Below the pieces are notes generated by a model, which had not been told where the DNA came from, made no database searches, and saw only the letters and a list, made by a program, of their open reading frames with translations. The position numbers and the translations under genes were made by a program. Source: Vicugna vicugna (lineage: Eukaryota). From it: a stretch of 28,920 bases of DNA. Shown here piece after piece: positions 1-12,028 of the stretch (position 1 is the stretch's first letter; every line of letters starts with the position of its first letter). The stretch is from assembly GCA_013265495.1 (NCBI GenBank), contig MU057487.1, positions 1,116,001-1,144,920 of the forward strand, written 5' to 3'.

Positions 1-126
1 CTAGTAACAAATGGACTGCAATTCCAACCCATGGAGGTTGCAGGAATACTACTAACAGCACTACTTAAAAACAACCTTAGTCAAGGGGGCATAGCAAAGG
101 CAGCATCTGAGGGAACCTAGTGTCTG

Positions 127-129
127 AAA

Positions 130-172
<43 letters not shown>

Positions 173-173
173 A
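127..173. repeat. (AAAT)n tetranucleotide microsatellite
   Basis: About 11 perfect AAAT units read directly. Confidence 0.95.
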
Positions 174-410
174 AGTATAATGCCAATCGATCCATCAACT
201 TCTCCAAAAGCTTTGCCTCTGAACATAATAGATACTCATCAGAATGTAGAATACAGGTGAGTATATTTAATAATTAGCTATAAATCCTTTCTACATCTTA
301 GACTAAATGATACTGTGTAGACACTAGAAATTTGTTTAGCTAAAAAGGCAAATGTCTTAATTTAGAAAACTGGTAAGAAATACTGAGGTCAAAAGAGAAT
401 CTCCTTACTG

Positions 411-717
411 GTTTTCATAGTGGCTGAATCAATTTACATTCCCATCAGCAATATATGAGGGTTCCCTTTTCTCCATGCCTTCTCCAACACTTGTTATTTC
501 TTGCTTTTTTGACAGTAGCTATTTCCATGAGCATGAGGTGGCAAGTCCTTATGCTCTTGCTTTTACATTTCCTTAATAATTAGTAATGTTGAACATCTCT
601 TCACATGCCTGTTGGCCACTTGTACGTCTTCTTTGGAAGAATGTCTATTCGGATCCTCTGCTTATTTTTCAACAAGCTGTTTGTTTTTTGTTGTTGTTGA
701 ATTGTATTGAGTTCTTT
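411..717 (-). mobile_element. LINE-1 ORF2 3' region fragment, decayed
   Basis: gttttcatagtggctgaatcaatttacattcccatcagcaatatatgagggttcccttttctcca is typical antisense L1 ORF2 C-terminal sequence and is homologous to the young L1 at 28831-28920. Confidence 0.85.
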
Positions 718-1199
718 AAAGGGGACAACAGTAGGTTCAAAGACAACGTTGTTACTTGACATGCTGCTGGCAGACAGGTAAACACTCGTACGGAAGCCAA
801 GTCAAGCAGGTCAGGTGTTCATAAGGGCTGGCCTGGTGCCTCCATTTTTGGAGCCATCAGTATGCCCAACACACACTTGGTCATGGAACACTGTGCCACT
901 GAACAGGTGAGGAAAATCCAAGACGAAAGAAATAGGGCATACATGCTGTGTGAACTCTAGCTGCCCAAAACTTTTCAAGAGAACGCTTGTAAACAGGAGC
1001 TAAACAAGTGTATTCAGGAAGCCAGATCAATGAGAGATAAACGACTGTAAAGCCTTTCTGTATCTTGACCGGCTATAACAGGAGAAACCCGTATAGGCAA
1101 TGTTTTCTTAACAAGAGAACCAGCCTGACCCTGGGAGACATTGCAGAGAAATGTTCCATTTGAACTAGTATGTTCTGTCCCATTTAAAAGATGTGACCA

Positions 1200-1420
1200 C
1201 ACTACTATATATAAAACAGATAAACAACAAGGACCTATTGTGTAGCACAGGGAACTATATTCAATATCCTGTAATAACATGTAATGGGAAAGAATCTGAA
1301 AAGGAAATACACATATGTATGTATATGTATAACTGAATCACTTTGCTGAACACCTAAAACTAACATTGTAAATCAACTACACTTCAAAAAAGAAAAATTA
1401 AAAATAAATAAATAAAAAAA
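1200..1420 (+). mobile_element. 5'-truncated cetartiodactyl-type L1 3' end with A-rich tail and target-site duplication
   Basis: Typical 3' UTR (ataaacaacaaggaccta...agcacagggaactatattcaatatc...tgtaaatcaactacacttc) and an A-rich tail. Flanks taaaagatgtgacca (1185-1199) and taagagatgtgtcca (1421-1435) match at 13/15. Confidence 0.88.
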
Positions 1421-1589
1421 TAAGAGATGTGTCCAGCAAATTACTTTACTTCTCATGTAAATAATAAAACCCAGGAAAACCACCTGGTTTCTTCCTCTTT
1501 TCAAGCAGACTATTTGTAATTGCTAAGCCAGCCTCCTTTTAACTGTTAAATAAAAGAAGTCTTGTTTAACACTTTTATTATATAAATCA

Positions 1590-1705
1590 CTTTCATAAAC
1601 ATTAAGATGTTTAATTCTCCCAGTAATGCTAAGAGTTATTTCTGGTTCCACTTTATAGATTGAAAAACTGAGGTCTTAGTTCATGTGTCTTAGACCAGAA
1701 CTCAG
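1590..1705 (-). mobile_element. MIR SINE fragment
   Basis: Core-like ccactttatagattgaaaaactgagg. Confidence 0.55.
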
Positions 1706-2829
1706 ATCAAAGCTTCATCTTGTCAAAGAGAACACTCTACTCCTTGGATAACTCTGGTCATGTCAAGCAAAAATTATTATAATTTAAAACTTTGAGCCGC
1801 TTTTTGGTCAATATAGGAAAGTCAGCTGATTAAACAGTTCTCTCCACAGGTTAAACAAGGCGGTTCAGGAGACTCCGAGAAGCTAACCATGAAGGAGAGA
1901 AAAGATTAGAGATAAAACCTGACAAACCTACAAAGAATCAGGGCAGAAAAAGAGACAAATTGGGATCTAAGAAAAACGGGAACAAACTTTCTCCACATGA
2001 ATTTGATTTGGCATAAGGCCTCTGACCCTTTCAGATTCAATCTCTTAAGCTTCTCTTTGTACTTTTCCATTTTACTGCCTGCTCTCTACTCGTCCATCTG
2101 CGTGAGTCCCCGGTGCTTCATTTTCGTGATTTACCTGAAACTGGCAATAAAAGGTGTTTACGTGCCATGTCATTTAGAATATAAGAAACAGTCGATTATT
2201 AGAATTACTAGAGAAGAGAGTCCTGATTGCTGGAGCAATAAGGCAAGGCGCCCCTGTGGAGAGCTGCCATTTGCAACCACCCAGGCCAGTGGGGCACAAT
2301 TTGAGGATGGAAGAGGGGGTTTGCCATGAACCTCTTGAGAAAAATAGCACTTGCTTTGTGTTGTCAGTGAAAAATCAGCAGTGATTTTCGTTGCAATAAA
2401 ACTTGCGTTGGAAGAAACTTGCACAAATTCAAAGTTACATCCATGAAATGGAATCAGACCATAGTGCACTAACCTTCCCAGAGAGAGCTAATGAATACAC
2501 AACTGGACTTCCATGGCTTAAAATTCCATCAGTACTGTGAAAATGTAGCAGAACCTACCGAGTCTCAGAGGGACATCTGGAGTGGGGCAGGTTGAGGGGG
2601 CTGCCATGATTAATTCTTTAGTAAGTGTAGAATTCTACTTGAGGCCATGCTGAGTGTTAATGAATTCATGTTCACAGAAAAATGCGGCAAAAGTTAGCAA
2701 TGGGTAGAAGAATTAGGGACTTTAACATTGGATACATATGTCTCAATATAATCATCAATTAGAGGGTACATGCTAATAAGATTTTAAAATCACAATGCAA
2801 TACTTAAGTCAAGAGCTGACAAGTCTTTC

Positions 2830-2887
2830 AACTGTTCAAAAATAACAGTTTTTGAACTGTTTCTGAACAGTTTTTGAACAGTTTCTA
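2830..2887. repeat. Four 11-bp tandem units preceded by an inverted copy
   Basis: aacagtttttg/aactgtttctg/aacagtttttg/aacagtttcta at 2844-2887. aactgttcaaaaa (2830-2842) is the exact reverse complement of 2871-2883. Confidence 0.9.
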
Positions 2888-3671
2888 ATTTGAAAACGAG
2901 CTATGGCAACAAAATTAACAAATACTAATAGGAACATCATAATTTTGTTCTTAAAAAGTAAGATCCCTACTAATTTTGAAGGTTTTTTCATCAGAAAATA
3001 ATTACTACAGTAATGAAGTAGTCAGAACTCCGTTTAACCACCTCTAGGCCCAGCTCCTTTGTACTTGGCTGGAATCCCACCTACGTGGTTGTTGCCTTCT
3101 CTCCATGACCTCCTATAACGCTCATCTTGGCACCTATCTAGCTGTTTGAATTAATCCTTTTTTAATTATGTCTATGCCCTGCCTTGCTTCGGACACTCAG
3201 TATCTAAAGGCAGGAGTGATTATTTTCCAAAGGATCCAGCAAAATAATCTGTATGCAGCTTGGTGTTTGGAAAATGGGTTGACTAGGAGATCTAATTGCC
3301 TTTTTGCTTTTTTTTTAACCACAAGAAAATAAAATTAAGATTATAGAGGAAGCAGAGGCTTTTGGATTTAGGTTAGAACACTCCTAAATCAAGATGATGT
3401 TTTTATCCCAAATCTGAATGTCAGAATGACATTCCAATCTATGACCTATAATTAGAGATGTCTGGAGAAACCAAACTATGTTATGACAGATTTTGCCATT
3501 CTTGTTCATATTCCCTAAAACACGTTAGTTATCTAATCACGATGATTATCGAGATCAATGTGATTTTTAATAGTTTCAAAGCTTCGAGTGTGTTAGGGTC
3601 ACAGTTCATTTACTTTTCAAGCATTTATTGAGCCCCTGTTCTGCGTGTAGAAACTCGAGAGAACCACTATT

Positions 3672-3850
3672 GTTTGCACAGCACTTTAAGCATTTCCCCA
3701 CACATTTTCCCTTTTGGCCCACAGGGCAACCCTGAAAGGTAGGTAGAGCAGATATCATCGGTGACCTATTACAGGGTAGGGAAATAAAAAAAGATCCAAT
3801 CCAACGTCACAGAGCTAATAAACAATAGAATGAGAATCCAAATCTAAGTC
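3672..3850 (-). mobile_element. MIR SINE fragment
   Basis: caaccctgaaaggtaggt...caacgtcacagagctaataaa...aatccaaatctaagtc follows the antisense MIR layout. Confidence 0.6.
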
Positions 3851-6504
3851 GTTGAAAATGTTTCTGACTTTGGAAGTTTCATTTTTAAATAAATCCTTAG
3901 GATTCCAAGTGACTGAGTTCTCAGAATTTTAGGAATTCAAGATATTTGTGTTTTCACATCAAAAATGTTTTGATTTGATTTTCTACAGCGACATTATCAC
4001 TTATTGACGGCTCATTTAGTCTTTCCTGGGCCTTTTGTGCAGCTGTTTGACAACACTGCTTCATCACTTTTCCTGAGCTGTCAAACATCCTGCAAACCTA
4101 TCTCTTGCATGTACATGCATGAATGGTTGAATAGTCTGCGTACCAAAGCAGCTAAATAATGAAAAGCAACACAAACAGAAGGTCAAAGATAACCAAACCA
4201 AATGAGACTGCATTGTTTGCAGACCAGTGGCTGTTAATTTTAGTGGTTTTCCAACATAAATGAACAACAGAAAGGTCATTATGAGCAGGAATCACACTCG
4301 GCAATCTGAGCTCACTCTATAAACTGGTTTGTTTGCATTCCTCAAAGACGATAGCTACATGAACGTTGTAAGTCTGGGGAGGAGTCGGCCTCTGAGAGAA
4401 GGACAAGGAGAAGAATGACATGATGAAATATATGAAGGTGGAGTGGATATTAACTCCTCAGGCTCTGGTTTTCTTTTAGTGTCCTCAAAGTAAAAGATGA
4501 TGGTTGTTGGTTCACTCGTAGGTACACCACATGTAATGTTTTCCTTGCATGATCCTCTCAAAGGCTCAAGAAATGCAGGATTCCTTCAGTGGGCTTTGGA
4601 TTTCCATTTTCTGAGTCCAGCAATAAATTGTGATAAGCTTAACTATTGTAAAATATTTTTGAATCCTATTAAAATTGATAATCATCCCATTTTCGTTTCT
4701 AGGGATTACTTTTCAATGTTAACAATTTCTATAATACATTTTGGTTTTAAGGTATCTACCAAGTATTTCCTGATTTTCCCTTGCCATCCTCCAAATAGTA
4801 GAGTTTGACTATATCAGATACGCTGTATTTTCAAAAGCATCAAATATGTCTTACTTGCAGGAGCTGACTGCGATACCACAATATTTTTCTCTGTGTTTTT
4901 TATCACTTGACTTATGCTTAGGATTGGCTAATTTATTGCTGAAGCAGTAAGTCAACTCCCGGCTCCACTGAAAATAGAATGAACATGGTACTTTGCTAAG
5001 ACAATAAATCATTAAAATGTTCTGTCATGAAGACAAACTTGTTCAGGTGCTTACTTTAAATAAACAGCCAAATTGTATAAAATACCTAGAATTCCTTCAG
5101 ACATGGTGGGCTCAGTTTTCTCCACCAAGGCCTGGAAGGTGAGGGCTGATATACTCTGGCTACTCAGGCAGCTGGACAGAGAGCACTTTCGCAGATCACT
5201 AACCAGAAGGGTCACCCATAACCACACAAGCACAGGCCTGATGGAATGAAGCCAGGGAGCAAACAGGGAGGACTGGCTGGCACCCAATTGTACCTGAGGT
5301 CCTCCTCCCTCTCAACCCTCGTAATAATTCACCCGGACTCTCTTGTGGCACGTTGGCTTTCCACCTCCTATTGGAGTGACTGGCAAACACATTTTGGTCT
5401 CTTATTAGACCGTAAGAACCTTCAAAGCAGGACCCGTGACTGATTGGTATCTGCGTCTCCACCACCAAACCCAGTGTCTTGCCCCCAGTTTGTGATCAGT
5501 AAATATTTGTTAGCGGACTGAAGCCTCACATAAAGGCCTTGGATCTCCTCTTTCAAGGCCTTTCCTGGGTACTCACTTTGTCGGTGGGAAGTGGGAAGAA
5601 TGGAGTGTCCCTGGAGTGCTACACCACTTGCAAGAACCCTTATTAATGGAAGATGCAATACCATTAGATAAAGGTAACTTGTGTCTACATTTGCCCACTC
5701 TGGACTTCCTCCTTCTCACATGAGGAGAGGTGGGGATGAGAAGTTCTCTTCTCTTCGAGATCTGGGTTACTCTCTGACATCAAGAAAGCCTGGAACACTG
5801 AGTGAACAAAGGAGGCTGCTTATATGTTTTCCAGAAGACCTAAATGATTAGCAGACAGTGACTTAGGCAATAGTAAGTGTAGAGCTCATTTCATCTCTAT
5901 TATGAATCTACTGGAAATAGAATTTCATATTTTATCCATGTTGTGTCCTCATAACCAAAGACACAGAGGGCCAAATGCTGGGCTTTAATGCACACTCACA
6001 GTTGCTATTAAATTAACCAGGAGCTGTGTTCATGCATTTAACAACTGCATTTGCTACCATGGAATATTCCTGGACCTGATGCTACATTTCTACATGTTTT
6101 AAATCTTACTCAAGGAGTACAAATGGTTCCAATATAAAAAAAAATATGAGGACAGAGAAACTAAAAACCTAAACCCATGCTCAAGTATTTAAAAACAAAT
6201 TTACAACTCAATCACAGACTAAGCTGGAGATCTCTTATGTTTTGTATCCTCTTTAGATCCTAGGTAGTGTTCCTTAAATAATCCTGTTACGAACACAGGA
6301 CTTGGTGAGTCTTTTAGAAACACTCACTTTAAGATAGGGATAGCAAGCATTTCTTCCACCAGACACATACTTGACAGACATTGTTTACCAGTCTTTTCTG
6401 CTGAAGAGTTCACTTAGAGTCCTTCTCATCACATTACTCCCAGAAACCACTATTTAAAGTTTATCTTGGTGTTAAGATGAAACCTATTTGCCACCTTTGC
6501 TCTA

Positions 6505-6690
6505 GATCAATTCTCAGCCTTTCTTGAATCAGAAACACTTGTGAAAATTCAAGAAAACTATGAACCCTCTACCCAGAAAAATTTACAGATGCAAAAAACT
6601 ATTTTAATACTATTTCAGGTTGTCTTTGGCACTCCCAAAGTTTGTCTATTAATCTTCTTGAGATCCAGTGACTCATGAAAATAACTTCTA
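6505..6690. mobile_element. Old hAT-Charlie-type non-autonomous DNA transposon (MER-type MITE)
   Basis: ttctcagcctttctt...aaaactatgaaccctctacccagaaaaat... resembles Charlie-derived MER consensus sequences. Subfamily not determined. Confidence 0.55.
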
Positions 6691-7934
6691 CGCTACATCA
6701 GTATTTTTTTCTAAGAAAATTCAGAAAATAATGGAAAGTCTGCATCACAACAATAAGTACTTGATTTCTCACTTTTGTCCTCATATTCCTCTTCCCTTTC
6801 TCTCATCCTCCTCTCCCCTAAATAAATATATTTGCCTAAACATCTGAGATTACCACAGTTTCCTTCTCTCTAAATGGTGACTAGCCAAAGAATGAGTCAA
6901 ATTCTCCAAAAGTAGGTAGGTGTGTCTTAGCCTCAATATTCTCTGAAGCATCTCCCACAGAGTCTCCTCAGGGGTGGAGAAAACAATGTGGGTGGACAAC
7001 ACAGCATGTTTGTGAAATTAGGATGACAATTGTAAATGACCAGGTAAATACCTCTCATGGATATCAAAGATCTTATTTTTCACTGCTGCTGTTTAAAAGG
7101 CTATTTAACTTTGCTTCTTCAAAAATGCAAAGCAAGTGTCACCCTAGATTCAGATTTATTATTTAAAAGTATCACAAGTGCCCTAAGAGAATTCAACTGT
7201 TTCCAGCTTGAGACTTTCATAAGACCTCAGACCTTGTCCTTGAAACAGAGGTGCTAATTAATACATTGGTAATTTATAGGCTAACCAGGAAGCTGAGAAT
7301 CTATAGACAAGCAGTTGTATTAGTGTATACTATTAGCATGTAAACTTTGCCCAAATTGTTCAATCAAATATGAGTGCTCATTACCAGTTTCTTGACCACA
7401 GTGCTTTATTAAATTTCCTCTCTGTTAAATGTCACACGGCATGCAATACTAAGTTTTCAGGTTCATATTAAAAATCTCGACACTGTTGTTCGTGAGGTGT
7501 CCTATAAAATACTCAGCTATCAATTGTATATTCTACTTTCCTTTTTTGTTGTTGTTTTTCTTTCTCCCTCCTCATTCCCATTCTTTTTTAAATAACTCTC
7601 TGTTCTAAGAAGATTATCTTTTTTCATATCGCCTTTCACCAAAGCAATACAAGTGATACTTGCCAGGACAAAATTCACTATAATTACTGAGATTTCCCCC
7701 CCAACCCCCAGTAAGTTTCTTGTGGCCTCTTCTACCCCTTGAAGAGTCCCTTCTACTCCAGTCTCTCATGGGGCACCCCTTTGCCACAAAGAAGGAAGGA
7801 CATAAGAGAATCCAGGGATTCCAAAATCCAAAGATGTTTTTAAACAAATTATGTTCTAGATAAGTTTTGAAACAATCCCATTTGAAAGCATAATCTTGAA
7901 AGCCAAGGTGTATGTGATTTGAAAGAATCAGATT

Positions 7935-7999
7935 TTCTTTCTTTTTCTTTTAATCTTTCTTTTTTCTTTCTTTCTTTCCTTCGTTTTTTCGTTCTTTTT
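7935..7999. repeat. T/C-rich low-complexity tract
   Basis: Imperfect (TTTC)n run. Confidence 0.75.
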
Positions 8000-8149
8000 G
8001 AGAGTGGGAGAGGAAGATTTATTGAATTATAAATATTTGGCTTTGAAAATCCAGGAACAAAACTCTAAGCTACCAGGTAAAATGCTATACCATAGAGCTG
8101 AAAACAAAGCAAAAACATTACAGTTTTCCAGAATGAGATGAAATTGGGA

Positions 8150-9345
8150 GGACACAGCATAAGGATAGACAGACAGAGAATGGAGGGTCCAGAAATAGAC
8201 CCATATTGATGTTTGACAAGGGTGCCAGTTCCATTGAAAAAAAACAGTCTCTTCCATATGGGGACAACTAAATTTTCACTTGCAAAAGAACAAAGCTGGA
8301 CCTCTATTTCACACCATATGCAAAAATTAACTTGAATTGGATCAATGATCAAATATAAAAGCTAAAATAATAAAACTTTTAAAAGAAAACATAGGTGTAA
8401 ATCTTACAACCTTGGATTTGGCAAAATATTTTTAGATATGACACCAAAAGTACAAGCAACAACAACAACAAAAAGATAAATTAAACTTCATCAAAATTAA
8501 AAAAGCATTTATTCATCAAAGGACATTATCAGGAAAATGAAAAACAAAATGACAGAATGGGAGAATATATTTTAAATCATATATCTGATAAGCGTTTGAT
8601 ATCCAGAATATATTTTTTAAACTACTTAAACTCAATCTCTCCAAAAATATAAACAACCCAATTAAAAAATGGGCAAAGGACTAAAGTCAACATTTCTCCA
8701 AAAAAGACAGACAAATGGTCAATAAGCACATAAAAAGATGTTCAAGATCTTTAGCCATTAAGTAAATTAAACCAAATCTCAAAGAGATACCACTTTATAT
8801 TACTAGGATGCCTGTAATAAAAAATAAAACATAAAACAACTGTCAGTGAGAATGTGGAGACACTGAAACTCTCATATACCGCTGGTGGAAATGTAAAATG
8901 GTGAAGCTCCTGTGAAAAACAGTTTGGCAGTTCCTCAAAAAACTAAACAGAGTTACAGTTACCATAAAACCCAGCAGTTCCACTCCTAGGTACATACTCC
9001 AAGAATTGAAAACAGGGACTCGAACAGATACTTGCATGCTGGTGTTCACTGCAGCATTATTCACAATAGACAAAAGGCAGAAACAACACGAATACTCATC
9101 AATAGATGAATGGTAAGCAAAATGTAGTTTATACAGACAGTGGAATATTATTCAGCTATAAAAAGGAATGAGGTTCTGTTATATGCTACAATATGGATGA
9201 GCTTTGAAAATATCAAACTTAGTGATTTAAGCCAGATACAAAAAGACAAACACTGTTTGATTCTACTCATATGAAATATCAAGAATAGGTAAATTCACAG
9301 GGACAGAAAGTAGACTAGAGGTTGCCGGGAACTGGGAGAAGGGAG
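8150..9345 (+). mobile_element. Old LINE-1 (L1MB-like): ORF2 3' part plus start of 3' UTR, decayed
   Basis: Continuous L1 landmarks: ccagaaatagaccca, tttgacaagggtgcc, caacccaattaaaaaatgggcaaagg, gctggtggaaatgtaaaatggt, gcagcattattcacaatag, ggaatattattcagctataaaaaggaatgag. No long plus-strand ORF remains. Confidence 0.92.
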
Positions 9346-9641
9346 CCAAGACTCAACTGGAACTCATTTCAAACCTGGCCCCTGACAACTGGGGCTCATA
9401 GCAGGGGCCATGACTCTGCAGAGAGGAAGGCGCTAGGTGAGAGGACCAGGAGAAGCACATGCTACCTTTCCTCCCTTCTTTCCTCCATTCAGATAAGCTT
9501 TTCCTACCTTCATGTCTGAGCCACCTGGGAAAAATATCACGTCCCAGGAAACCCTCCAGGAAAACAGTGCTCCTAGCTGAGGGAGGTAAGAACTTCACCA
9601 ATAACCAGGTTTCTCACAGGACACGAAAGCCAGGGGCAGAA

Positions 9642-9707
9642 GATGATTTCACAACCACGCACTGTCTTGTGTGTGATGATTTCACAACCAAGCATTGTCT
9701 TGTGTGT
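9642..9707. repeat. 33-bp tandem duplication (2 copies, 31/33 identical)
   Basis: gatgatttcacaaccacgcactgtcttgtgtgt / gatgatttcacaaccaagcattgtcttgtgtgt. Confidence 0.95.
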
Positions 9708-11650
9708 AAGAGTACACACCTAGAGAAACAGAATCTGGACAGGTACCCCATGCCACTTTCTTGAGAAATAATGACTAGAATGGGGTCAGAGGGAAGGGCT
9801 CTTTGTAGGGAGAAAAACTATCAGCATTTCAATGTGAAGAAATAAAATCCTGTGAAAATCAAACACTTTCTTTTCTGCATTTTGCTGATTGCCCTACAAC
9901 ATTTTACCCACTGAATCACTTGGCCCTTGTTCCTCAGTGGACAGATAGAGTTGAGAACATAAGAGTCAACTGAGTTTATAAATAGATTTTGGAACTCAGC
10001 AAAAACAACAGCTTTGAAAGCTAAGGTGTTCTCGATTTGCAAGAAACAAAAATTTTTTTTTTTAAGAATAAGGCTCTATAAGTACCAAAAGCTTGGCTTT
10101 AAACATAAAGGGCCCAAATCCTGAAGGGCTCATAAACAGAGGTGGAAAGGACAGTTGCCTCTAGGATGTTTTTCCAACATCCCAGAGGGAAAAGATTTCT
10201 GGCCTCGTGTAGAAGAATATTCAGAAATGGAAAAGAAAAAAATTAAGTTAGCTATCTCTTACATGGGTCTCTCGAGAAAGAGGGCCACGCTCCACCAGTC
10301 CCCATAAAAGAACTGAGCCTAGGATGTGGAAACAACAGAAAAGCCAGTTAAATTTACTGGCAACCCCGGAAGAGACAAGACACCCGCCTTTCTTCTCAGA
10401 GGTAGCCTAGAGAGGCTTCAGACTTCATGAAGGAGAGTGGCAGCAGAGCACGCAAATGGCGTCTGCTGACTAAGCCATCCGCTAATGAGCTTACTCGCAG
10501 TATGAGAGTGTTCTCAGGAAAACAGCTCCCAGGGCCCTCAAAGAGGAAGTAGGTAAGGCTGAGAGTAGGTCTTTCAGTTTGAGAGAAGAAACTTCAGAGT
10601 GCTGGAACGTGGAATTCAGGAACCGTGAGTATCAGGAGCAGGTGCCAAAAACCAACCAGGAGGACCGTGTGATATGGACCAATGCAGACACAGAACACTC
10701 AGTGAGCAGACCCTCCCCTCTTCTCTGAGGCTGTGGTCCTATTATAAACCTCCTGGAACTCAAACACAATCCAATAAGGGGAGGCAAGAAAATCCCTGAC
10801 TTGACTAAGTAAATGAACAGAATCATCATTACTCTGACCAGGTTTGCCCAATGTGAACAAGTTTAGTTTTCTGCTATGTAATGGAAGTGGCACTTTATGA
10901 AAAAAACTCAGACTTTATAGAAAAAAATAAGTAACACATCTGAACTTGAATTTTACAAATTCAAGTTTTTCCCCTGTGAAATTTCCACCAGTTCCATGTG
11001 ATTTCTAATCCCAATTATATTTCAGTCCTGGGCTTACTCTCAGATTATTTTGTTCAGCATTTTGTATATTCCCACACTGGTAATGATATTTGCAACCTCT
11101 TGGTTTACATTCCCAAATATTCTCCAAAATCTAACCATCGTGTTGTGATTTTACTCATTAAATTTTATATTTGCTCCCAACTAAAAGAGTTATCCAATGC
11201 TTTGCAATTTGGGGTTAGAATTTTTTGAGTAAAGATGCTACAAGATATCTGAACAAATATGCCTTGTGGATAAGCAAAAAAAAAAAAAATAGGGCAGGAG
11301 CAGCTGGACTACTCCTCCCCAGGCAAGCTTAAGGAGAGATGTAACCATGTTTCTCTTTTTTGTTGTTTTTTTAAACCTTGCTGTAGTGGTTAGCACAATT
11401 AAATTGCACATTATAGATGCTCAACTAATAGCTATGTGTGGAACTGGCTTGAAACAGAATTTAAATAAATTGCACAAATATGGCTTGTTTTCACTGTTTT
11501 CTGTACTTTGCCATACAGGTAGTACTCGCAGATAATTTAACTTTCCCAACCTCATCAAATGAGTAAATGGCTAAGTCCAGAAATGTGGGGAGGTAAGCTT
11601 GAATAAATATACTGCTCATAAGCGCAGTCTTGCGGAGGGCCGGGGGGCTT

Positions 11651-11661
11651 TGCTGACTCAT
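11651..11661 (+). promoter_or_regulatory. NF-E2/MAF-AP-1 (MARE-type) motif match
   Basis: TGCTGACTCAT matches TGCTGA(G/C)TCA(T/C). Motif match only, function untested. Confidence 0.3.
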
Positions 11662-11784
11662 AAGAGTCTGTACATGGCTTCTATAGTCTAACTGTAGGAT
11701 TTGTTCCTTGAATTTATTTAAGTCCTTGATCCTTCAGTTCTTGCTGAGTCTCCTGAGAGGCTGCTAACCCTCAGACATGACTGT

Positions 11785-12028
11785 TGTAGTGGGTAAAATG
11801 AACACACCCCTTGGAGCCCCTGTGTTCAAGGCCTGCTTCACTAATGGTATGACCTCCAGAAAGTTACTCAGTCTCTTCAGGCTTTGGGTTCATTATTTAT
11901 AGAACAGAAATAATATTACCACTTCATTAGGTTGCTGTAGATATCAAACTAGATTAAAAATTGTAAATGCTTAGTGCTCCCATCTGTAAAGTGCCTGGCA
12001 AGGAAGACGTTCAATAGCTGGTAGCTCT
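11785..12028 (+). mobile_element. MIR SINE, near full length
   Basis: tagtgggtaaaa...gtgttcaaggcctgcttcact...tatgacct...gttactcagtctc...gtaaagtgcctggca...ttcaatagctggtagct. Confidence 0.75.

Noticed and set aside
254..262. Strong splice donor CAG/GTGAGT
   Set aside because: No convincing upstream acceptor or coding frame, and isolated sites are expected by chance.
1835..1910. Acceptor-like ttctctccacag followed by a short frame VKQGGSGDSEKLTMKERKD*
   Set aside because: Short pyrimidine tract, no recognisable protein and no partner exon. A non-coding exon cannot be excluded without RNA data.
4076..4140. miR-30-like sequence (ctgtcaaacatcct)
   Set aside because: There is an extra base in the seed region and no complementary 3' arm downstream.
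9459..9764. ORF with repeated HCLVC resembling a zinc-binding protein
   Set aside because: The repeat is explained by the 33-bp DNA duplication. No recognisable domain or supporting exon structure.
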